From: Lama glama
Taxonomy: Eukaryota
Length of the DNA: 64,000 bases
Direction: 5' to 3'
Assembly: GCA_028534125.1 (NCBI GenBank)
Contig: CM052818.1
Span: forward strand, 17,362,001 to 17,426,000
Notes under the pieces: generated by a model
The model's database searches: none
What the model saw: only the letters and a program-made list of their open reading frames with translations
Told to the model about the DNA's origin: nothing
Part shown: in pieces, positions 14,821 through 25,183 of the stretch
Numbering within the stretch: the first letter of the stretch is position 1
Layout: the number at the start of each line of letters is the position of its first letter
Program-made: the position numbers and the translations under genes

Positions 14821-15059
14821 GAATATTTGCTTTTAATATTTTTAGAAATCTAATGCATTTGCTGAATAAAGCAAGTTAGACTAATAATTGACAAATCAAA
14901 TCTTCGTTGAAGTTACAGTCTGCAAATCTTTATTGATTTTCGTAGAATTTTTATAAGCTATAGCTTCTTGCTACAGTAATCATCCTTCTAGTTAACAACA
15001 CAAGGCTTAGGCAAGTAGACTAGGCTTACTTTGTGGCTGTTCATTTATTTTCCACTCAC

Positions 15060-15608
15060 ATTTTTCTTCAACTGTCACTCTGACATCTAAATTTGGTAGT
15101 TTATCCTTAAAAGATAACATTGTTGTCCAGTAGCTCCATTTCCAATTATTTAGGACTCTGAAGGAACAGAACAAATGGAGTGATGATATCCTTGGTGTTT
15201 AAAGAATCTGTTTGTATTGTACTCAGCCTGTTTTGCAGAAACCATGGTCAATACCTTGTCATTCAAAACATATGAAGGCTTCTAAGTTATTTGGCATCAG
15301 TTTTGTAACACATGCCACACTTCTATCCTGAGTTAAGCATACAAAGAGAAAATCTGTTGGATTCAAGCCTTTTTTAAAAAATTTTGACTTAGTTTGCTTC
15401 TACAGAGTAAGATTTTTCTTCAGCCGTCACTCTGACATGTAAATTTTATTATTCATCATAAAAGATAACATTGTTACCTGGTAGCTTCACTCCAGTGTAT
15501 AGGACCTCTAAAGAAACAGAACAAAGGAGTTAATATTCTTGGTGTTTAAAGAATCTGTGTTTATTTTGTTCAATCTCTTTTTCAGAAATTATTATCAATC
15601 CCTTTATT
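15060..15608. repeat. Diverged local direct duplication of ~200 bp (15060-~15263 and 15412-~15608)
   Basis: Collinear shared blocks gtcactctgacat, taaaagataacattgtt, aacagaacaaa and cttggtgtttaaagaatctgt at an offset of about 350 bp. Confidence 0.9.
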
Positions 15609-17990
15609 GGGGGAAAATCACCTTTAGGCTTTACCTATTGATTCCTCGTTCTGAGAGAGGAAGAATTAACTGTTAAAGGGGATTTATTTGATTTCTTTCA
15701 TAGTTTCATTTGTTCTTCTTTTCCGCCTGCTCTCTTCTAGCCTATTTTTATTCCCTTCATCTCTTCTTCTAGCTCTTGTTTCAAAGAATCCATATTTCCT
15801 TTCGATTTCGTGGAGACTTGAGTGTCCAAAGGTTTTAACTAAATCGTGGAGGAATGCTTTTCTGGTCTTTTTTCTTCACTTGTCGTTTTGTGTGTGTGTG
15901 ACATCGACTTACTGCTTTTTTTCTGCCTCCAGTTTTCCAAAGGTGGCTGCTGTTTTCAGGATCAAGTTTGGTTGAGTGATAACATGGGGCGAAATACGGG
16001 AGGGGTACCTAGCAGAACAGTTGGCTTCATTTTCATCTACTATCTCTTTTTCTTTCTTTACCAACACACCTGTCCCTGTGGCTAAGTCTTCACTCCCAGT
16101 GGCAGGTATTTAACAGGTTCACAATGAACTGATGCCACATACCTTACCTGTGGTCCATATTATTTACTTCTCTTCTCTTCAGCCCACCAAAGTGGACAGC
16201 TAAAGTTTTGTTACCTACTTTTTCCCCACCACATAGCTAAACCTATCATCTGTTTTATGCAAAAGAGCAAGGCTCTGTTTCCTGACTGAAATATGCCTTC
16301 TGGTTCAGTGACTCTCCTGTGTTGTGTCCTCACACCCACCTCTCCCCCTTCCAAGCACTTTGGTCTCTGAGGTTGTGTGATTTACCTTTGAGGGCCTCAG
16401 ATCCCACTTCCATTACCTACAAAGCTGCCTCTACTTCAGTGGCTTTGTCCTTTGCCTGGTTCCAATTTCCGTGCAGTTGGAAGCACTTATTTATAGGTTT
16501 GGTGTTGCCTAACTTTATTGAGCGATATGTTTTTTTCCATTCTTCTCATTATTTAAAAAAAATCAGTTGAGAGGAAAAAATGGGGGAAAAGTATTACTAT
16601 TTTACCATCCTTCATCATCAGAATATTCAACTTTTAAGTTATTATCTACAATGCCAAATATTCATTTAAATTCCCAAAATTAATTTAATACAAATACAAC
16701 ACCCATGGGTGGGTTTCTCCATTGACCTATAAATGTGTTGAAATCTCAGTATGTGCCCAAAAATATAGCTTGAGTTATATGTTTACAAGTCAGTGACCTA
16801 AACAAAATCTTAAAATGCATCACTTGCTCTCATTAGGTTTCAACCTGTCCTAAAATATTTTAACACCTTGATGGTTAAGACCGAAAGCACCATTCAGAGT
16901 AAGATTGAAGAAAATATCTTAGAATTTTATGGAAATAGTCACCCCTAAAATATCCTCTAGTTATATGCTACACCCATAAAAATAATGGCCATTTTGAGTG
17001 GCCATTTGAATGTTAAGGGTAAAGGGGCCAATGAGACAATTATCACCAGTTTTTTCTCCACTGACTCTTGTTTACAGTCCTATGTGGACAAATAAAAATT
17101 TCCTTATAGACAAAGTGTATGATAGTGTGTCATCCTTAAATTTAATCATGATGCTTTTCATAACTGACAACTGGATTTAACTACTTGATTCCACAGGAGT
17201 TTTGAAAGGTGATTTAAATCAGGTAGCCTAACAGTTAATTGCAAAACATTTGTTTTTGTGTGTGTTTTGTCTAAATATTGCCCAGTAGTTTTCACACTGC
17301 TTTCTTATATTATTTACTTATGTGTCACCTTTTTTGGTATTCAGAATTGTTTTCATGTGCATTATCTCATTTTAAATGTGAAATTATATATATGTATATG
17401 TTTGTTTGTTTGTTTGTTTCACATGCATTTATACAAATGACCTGAGTGTTTGAAAGAATGATTTAAAAAGCTACATAAATATACACATATTTATGTTTAA
17501 ATATATAATTTGCTTGTCTGCTACAATTTTATGGTGTCTATAAATTGTCTATAATGAGGAAATCTATTTTAGAGTTCAAAGTTTTGATAATTCTGAATTA
17601 CGGTGAACTGAGGTGTGCTTGTGACTTTTACTGGAGAAAGGATTAATGAGCAATTTACTTCGTAAAGATCTCAAATGTTAAATATTATTGAGTCGTTTAG
17701 AATATGAATAATACTTCTAAGTGTAAGCAAATTCTTGTACCATTCAGATAGTATTTTCTAGAAATAGACTTTTCTAGAAATACTTAGTATTCCTCAGTCT
17801 AGTTAGTGATTGTATATAATTATTAAAGTTTTATATATTTACAAAATAGTCTGTAATTCACAGTTGCTTCCCCCAAGCTTATGCTGCAATTCCTGGTAGG
17901 TTAGTCTAGCCATATAAAACAAGGTGACCGCCAAACATCTTATTTTTCCCCTAGTCTCTTTTCACCATACCCACCTAATGTCTATGTGAC

Positions 17991-18079
17991 ACCTGGTTCC
18001 TAAGTATCTTATTTGTACCAACATGGTTGCTAAGTATCTTATTTGTACCAACATGGTTGCTAAGTATCTTATTTGTACC
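17991..18079. repeat. 30-bp minisatellite, ~3 copies (taagtatcttatttgtaccaacatggttgc)
   Basis: Two identical units 18001-18030 and 18031-18060, 19 nt of a third, and an 8/10-matching lead-in acctggttcc. Confidence 0.95.
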
Positions 18080-18104
18080 TTGAAATGCAAACTTCCTTTG
18101 ATAT

Positions 18105-18643
18105 TGTAAAAGAGGAGAAATTTTTCTTCAGTCATTTTAGAGTCCTTGGTTGGGTCTGAAAATTAAATTGACAAAGACAGATTAACAAGAAAAAACATGC
18201 AAATTTTATTGAATTTTCACATGAATATGGGAGCCTTCACACACACAAAAAATGAAAACAGAAGTGACCTGAGAAGGAAACTTTTTTAAAATGACTTTTA
18301 GACAAAGAAACAATAAGTTTGTGAAGAATTGACAAGACAAAGGTGTTTGTTGGGGTGTAGTGAATGGTGCAAAATTGACTAGGAAGTTAAGGGTAAGTTT
18401 AACAAAGTTTGTAAAGTTTCTCAGCCCCCAGTTCCCCTTCTCTGGTAATAAAAATGCCTTCCTTCCCCTAGGCGCCGGGAGGGTACCTTTCACGTGGGAG
18501 TTTTATAACCTGTTTCAGGGAAGGAGGGGAAAGAGAGGTCAGAGGGACCTTCCACATCTGCCATTTACTCAGACTTCTACAGTTTACGATACTCAATATG
18601 CCAAGGTGCCAGATTTTGGGGTAGGGTGTCCTGAACCCCATCA
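18105..18643 (-). mobile_element. Solo ERV1-class LTR (MER34-like)
   Basis: 539 bp with TG...CA termini; minus strand starts TGATGGGGTTCAGGACACCCTACCCCAAAATCTGGCACCTTGGCATATTGAG; AATAAA on the minus strand near the 3' end; 4-bp flanks atat / acgt. Confidence 0.8.
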
Positions 18644-19093
18644 ACGTGAATGGGAGAAGTTCTATGAGACCTGAGCAAGAAGCAGGAGGTTATCACATAG
18701 GCTGGACTTACTTTTTCTTTACAGTTTTACATCTTTTGTGTCCAAAGGACAAAATTTGAGATCTGCTTCTGTAAACTATTTGTGGGGGGAAAAAGACCAA
18801 TGGGAGTGAGATTTAAGGGGCAATAGAGTTTTTCCCAAATTGAACCTTTCCCACTGCTGAAAGTTGACTGCTAAACTCTACGTTGGCTCTGGTTCCCACA
18901 GGCTAGAGTTATTTTTCAAAACACTTAACATTAATTCAAATTTACAGTTTTAAAAGTGCACTCATTCAAATCTCACTAGAAAACTTAAGAATTGGTTGGT
19001 AAAACAGCAGGCAGTTGGCAGGTGAAGAGGAGTGTCTTTCTTTAAAAAAAAGTATATATTTATGTTTTTTCACTTGGTTGTAAAATTAATGTC

Positions 19094-19241
19094 GGGAGGA
19101 GGGTATAGCTCAATGGTAGAGCACATGCTTAGCATGCATGAGATCCTGGGTTCAATACCCACTACCTCTGTTAAAATAAATAAATATAATCAAATAAATA
19201 AATAAACAAACCTACTTCCCCCCCACCCAAAACAAGCTGAC
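19094..19241 (+). mobile_element. tRNA-Ala(AGC)-derived camelid SINE (vic-1 type) with TSD
   Basis: gggtatagctcaatggtagagcacatgcttagcatgcatgagatcctgggttcaataccc, (AAAT)n tail; TSD aaaattaatgtc (19082-19093) vs aaagttaatgtc (19242-19253). Confidence 0.93.
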
Positions 19242-20769
19242 AAAGTTAATGTCAGTTCATGTATTTAGAAAATACAGTAAAAAAAAAATCACCAATAATT
19301 CTATTGGCTAGATATAATTATTGTTATCATTTTGTATGCCTTTTTAAAGTTTTAAAAATGAATATATTTAAATATACAGACTTAATAACATACTTAAGTA
19401 CAAAGTTGGGAGATAGAATACATGTCATTTTATACCTGCTTTTATACTCAATGTGAGTGAGCATATTTTGATTTAATACGTATTTTTAAAAGGGATTTCA
19501 CAATTTAAAAAAAAATCAAACTTTAATTAAAGGGCTACACAGAATTTTGTTCTGAATTGCACTTTGGCAGCTCCTGCCAGGCTAGTGTTAAGACCACTGA
19601 CCTTTGGAGAAGACACCTGCTGCCCCATGAAGAGCTCTTAAGGATGTCAGCATTGTCTTCCTTCACTAACACTCTCTGGGTTGAAAGTGGTCCAACTCCC
19701 TGGAACCAACAACTGAATCAGATGAATGATGGGCAGGAGAGGGCACTGGTACCAGAACTTTAAAACATCGGTCTTGTAATACATCTAAAGTCCGTATTAA
19801 GGCTTAAATCCATTTGTTCCTAACCTCTTCCTCCCTAGTATAATCACTAAATGTTGTATTTTGACTCTGTAGTTGGGCAAATTGAATTTATTTCAAAGGA
19901 AAAGTATATGGTAGTTTGCCTTTTTCTTTTTCAATTTAATTATTACCTTTTCCATTATTGGCAGCTAGATATAATTACCATATTCCACATCTTTCTTTTT
20001 TAAAAATAGAAGTAAATATTGTTGATGGAAGCTGAATGAACACAATGATATATTAATTCATAGAGTGGTAAAAATGGAAAGAAAACAGCTGATTTGCACG
20101 TCTGTACTGTTAGACACAGGCAGTAAGCAGCAGAAGCCACACCTCAGTCCAGTATCGTATTCAGTAGACTGTGCTGACAAGGAAAACGGTGTGAAAGTTT
20201 CTTAGGAAAAAAACAAGTGATAGACGAAGTGTAAGATGAGAAAAGAAGGAACATGCTTCTGATAAGGATAAATAATTTAAGTAGAAGATACAAGTCAATT
20301 TAGAGAGTGAGAAAGAAAGATGATAGAACAGAGGAAGTACGGAGAATAGTGTGAGTATTCAATGACTTCTTGGTTCAGAGGAGAAAATTCAGAATACTAA
20401 ATCAAGAGCTGGAGGGAAAGGTGATGTGGAATTTCATTCTTTACTGCATTTTAGGAATAACTGAAACTAACAGAATGTTTAGAGTATCGATGGTGAACAG
20501 CAGATTCAAACATCTCATTACTAATTTACCCAGAGCAGGTCATGCTGCCTAGCACGTGTTTTCTTTTTGTGCAGAAAAAATACAGTTATTTTGCTAGCTA
20601 TCTGGCAGAAATAGCGCAGCAAAAGGAAAACAAAAGAGAAGACGGTATTCAACACCTGCCATGACTCTAAGTTGCCTTTTCAGCCAGGAGGTCATGTGAC
20701 CCACATCATCTGGTAGCCTTTTCATTCGTGGAAATAAAATCACCTACTGTATGCTAAGCCCACAGCAAA

Positions 20770-20900
20770 TGTTAGTTTCTTTCCTTCTTGCACAACAATA
20801 TTTGTGATCTTAAGCAAGGTCCTTCCCCTCTCTCTTAGCCTGGTTCCTGGTGTATGAAATGAGGAGTCTGGACTTGATGGCATTTACTAGCTTCTCCAAA
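20770..20900 (+). mobile_element. MIR/MIR3 fragment
   Basis: tgtgatcttaagcaaggtccttcccctctc...tatgaaatgaggagtctggacttgatg. Confidence 0.5.
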
Positions 20901-23900
20901 ACTGGAATGCCACAAAACCAAATTAAACAGCTATCATCAGATGATCAGAAATCCTAAGAACTTACATAGCCTGCTTGGTGTTATTCACCTGCTCTAGTGT
21001 CACAGTTTAAAATCCAGGCACGAAGCATCATTTCTTTAACATAAATATGCAACAGCATTTACAACTTAAAAGCACAAAGCAAAGATTGATTATGCACCTA
21101 TGCTTTGTCGAGCATTTTGCTAGAAGGGATGTGGCCTAGATAAAGAATCCCGATGACATAGTTCCTATCTGCAAGGAGCTCTGGGACTTAATTGGGAGGT
21201 GAGACAAAGATAACATGAACCAATTGGAAGACAAAGAGCTCACAGACAGTATTTCACTGGAAGTGCTAGAGTTGTGCTGCAGACATTGTCTGGGTGACAT
21301 GTGCTCTGGGGATTCAGAGTAGGAAGGAATCACCCCCTGGGATCCTGGGAACTCGGGCTAATGAACCTTAAGTGAAGAGACTGACTCCCTGAGTCCATGA
21401 GCTCAATTATGTTCCGTAGCCGTGGGCTGTACCCTGAACTCCCCAGCTATTTTGTAAAGTACTGTGTTAATGATGAAGACAGACACAGAAGGACCAATCC
21501 TCCCCATTGGTTAATTCAGCAAACGCTCTTCAGGTCGCTATTAGGTGGAGGACTAAACTTAAGGAGGATTAAAAAAAAAAATCGTATATTTGTGTCCTTC
21601 AGGAATTAGTGAGGTTCATGCTTCTTAAAGTTAAGACCAATGCGGTTTTCAGTGGTAATTGTCCTATTGTTTCTTTTCTATTCAAACCCAGCTCATCTTT
21701 CAAATGCCAGCTCCAGGGGTAGTTTTCTATCACTCCCCACTCTGAATCTCTGTCTTTTTATAAATCATGTTATTCAATCTCTATTTAATGACGTGACCAA
21801 TACAAAACAGATATTGAGAACCATAAAAGTGCTTTTAAAATGTCAGTAGTATGTACGTGATTGTTACTCCTAATTTGACTCACTGCACATATAGCCATTG
21901 TATATCCAGTGTGCAAGCTTTCCTTGTATTTCCCTATTATGCTTTGGGTATTAAATACGTATTTCTTGCTTAGTTGTTGTTAATCAAGCACCAGATTGTA
22001 TCAATGATGTGGCAATTCAGATAGGAAGACAAACTAATAGGTGCCCCCTCCAAAAACGTAAGGACCTTCATTCTTCTGAAATTAAGCGGGTAGTGGATAT
22101 TCTTACTCCTTTCTGCTTTCAATTTGGGAATCACCCAGGATGTTTATGGTGCAGTTGAAAACTGGGGCATTATTGTAGTGAATGCTTCCTTTTTGCTTTG
22201 AGGAAATTGTACACTAGAAACGTTCTACTGAGAGTTAGTTTCTTTTTCAAAGACACAAACTAATATACTTAACACTTAACAGTATTTCTGAAAAAAAATG
22301 AATACAGTTTGCTTTCTTCAAAATTCAGAAATAGAAACAAGGAAATTGGTTATCGACTGGCCAAAGACAGATACAAAGTCAGAGACAGGACTAACCTGTA
22401 TTTCTAAACTACTCTTCCTTGTAACTTTCCTGTCTGTTTTATTCATTGGCTTCTCTATTTAAAAAAAAAACAACTTATGTTTTTTCTTTTTTTCTGACAA
22501 CCTCACAGAGGACATTAGCCTCTGAAAAACAGAATAGCCGTGGACCCGTGCAAAGGATTGCTTTGGGAGTTCTTTTAAGAGAGTGATCATAAAGTGTGCA
22601 CAAAGCAAATAATTAATTCCCCAGGTAGCTGTGCTATCTGTAAGCAGAGATTAAGCTGAGTGTTCATGATTTTTTTTTAATAAGGAAAAATTAGTAATGT
22701 TTTGTATACTCATTTATCCAGGTAATTTTGATGTAGGAGAATGGAATTATACCCTCCTTAGGGGTTTTTTTCCCTTAAATTCCAAACATAGCCTTTCATG
22801 ACTATCAAAGGGAAACCATTCATCCTCCATCGCAGTGGATTCACTGATGACAGGGGAGGGTCTATTAGGTAAAGCAGTAACGAGGAGAGACAGAAAGATG
22901 GGAAAGTACGCAGGTTCAGAGGTCACCTTCACCAATGTTATCCACAACTAACTTGCTTCTTCCCCCTCTATTGCTACCCTACTCTTTCTGCCTCTCCCAA
23001 ACCAAACACCAGCTCGGGGCTTCCAGAAAAGTAAAAATTTATTCTGATTGATCTCAGTCTCAGAGCCCCAACTTTGCAACTTTGATTTTATTTCCCCTCC
23101 ACTTAATTTTGTGGTAATTTGTAGGGGTTTATTTCTGCTCTCATTTAGTTATATTGAACTAACACTGTCCATTGCAGAATGGTTCTTGGAAAACTTGTGG
23201 AGTCAGTAAATTCAAAATTAGTCCTCAAAAGTCTATCATTATATGACTGTTTTCCTAGCCTTCACTCACCTATCTCATGCATTTGAAGAAAGTAAGAATA
23301 AGCAATGTTAACCAAAGAAATTATTTCTAACTGTGGACTGTTAGCTTCCATGACCCGTAGGGAAGATGCGTATTTTTTAAAGTGTGAATAAATGTAGTGA
23401 GAACATATGTGATGGAAATAAGACCTTGTCTGGCCTCGTGTCCTACTCTCACCTCTGGTTTTACAAGGTGAAAACTTGGACCTTTTATGAGAAAATAATA
23501 TTATTCCACATTTTCTTATGAAATTGCAGTAGCACCTTGATATTTGGATACACCGCTATGAAGTCACCTTTGAATGTTTTCTAACTATTTTAACCTTGGT
23601 TATGGCCCTTCCTGTTAGAATAATGGGCACCTGGGAATTGTGCTGTTTTTTGTTCTGGGTTTCTGTGTTTTTGTTACTGCTATTGGAGTTTCCCACACTA
23701 AATCAGTAACAAGGAGTCTTGTGCATTCTGTCTAAGCCAAATAACTCATGTTGTAATGCAATGAACCCATCCATAACTTTCTGGTTTTATGATTTAATCA
23801 TAATAATGTGTTTCATTGAAGAGATTGGCAGTGCAGCCACTGAGTCTCCTTTTCATGGTAAGCTTTTAGACTAGTTTCTTCTGACGTTGTTCCTATAATA

Positions 23901-25120
23901 TACATATAAAGAGATTTAATCTCACATAGAAAGTAGCTGCTATTTTCTGATTTTGTGAACTTACTTGGATGAGTTAGCAGCAAGTGGTTTGTTTTTAGTA
24001 AATCTAAATCAGAGAACATGCTATTTTTCAGTATTTGTTTTCCTCACCAAGTCTTTTCTACCAAAGAGCAAGTATACTCCCAGTACAAGACAGCCTAGAA
24101 CTGGTGAGTTGGTTTTTCCCTAGGACAAATTCCCTGGGGGTGGAGGAGCAGTTTCTATACTTCTTTATATGACAATTTTAGGGCCATCCATATCAAATGT
24201 ATTTTTTAAAAAACTGAGTTGGAAGTTTCACTGTTTTGTAGGAGCTGTGGATTAGCATCGATAATAGAATTCTCTTTTCAGGCAATTTTTGGGATAGCAT
24301 CAGTCTGGAAATTTAGTTTTTTCTAAAAACACTTATTATAAATGCTTTGGTTAGTATACTCATTAACTGCCATAATTCTCCTTTGTTTTCTTGTTTTCAA
24401 GAGAAATTCTATCACCCTGGCTTAATTTCACAAATAGCTGGACAACCTTTTGATGGTCCTGGTGATGGTATTATTACGAAGAAAACAGATGGGTAGTCTT
24501 CTGTGAGACTGGTCCATGGTCTTGTTCCCACTTCTTGTCTCCAAAAGACAAAAAAACAAAGACAGAAACCTAACAGGATAATTCTGCTGAAAGGCAGCCT
24601 CAGTGTTCATCCAGTCATGTGCACAGAACATTCAAAATCTGTTAAGAAAGTTGAAGTATAGCTGCTGTCTAATATTCTGGAGGAGTTTCCCATTTTACTC
24701 CACCACTCAGGGAAATCATCCTTTTGCTGGAGTACATGGCAGTCTCCTTCTTATTAACCTGCTTGCATTGATTTGTTATTGTTTTTGTTTTTTTCTTCAT
24801 TTTCTTGGTTGCCTCTTACTGTTGATATTGATGCCTGATATTTCTTTTTTGTTTCTCCACCTGTCTGACTGTAATTTACCATATTTCAAAATGATTGCAC
24901 TGTCATTTACCTGTTTGGGGATCTAGCTTTGAAAATGCTGTCTTTTTCTAGAAGGAGTGAGTGGTTAGTTTTCCTTGGATATGAAACATTAGTGGATCTC
25001 TGGAGACCTGGTGACTGCTCTGCAGTGTTATCTATTCTGTCTGTGTGTCTGTATGTGTACGTTCTGCTGTGGCTGATTTTCTTTTCTTTCTTTTTGTTTT
25101 TTTAATCGCTAGGGACTTAA

Positions 25121-25183
25121 ATATATATATGTGTGTGTGTGTGTGTGCACATATATATGTGTGTGTGTGTGTGTGTGTGTATA
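25121..25183. repeat. Compound (AT)n(GT)n microsatellite in two blocks
   Basis: (at)5(gt)8gcac(at)4(gt)11ata; 63 nt of unbroken purine-pyrimidine alternation. Confidence 0.95.

Noticed and set aside
17991..18079. 30-bp repeats as a CRISPR array
   Set aside because: Units are head-to-tail with no spacers, there are no cas genes, and the context is eukaryotic.
19094..19170. tRNA-Ala(AGC) gene
   Set aside because: The tRNA-like head is followed by an (AAAT)n/C-rich tail and flanked by a TSD, with three diverged relatives in the window: it is a SINE.
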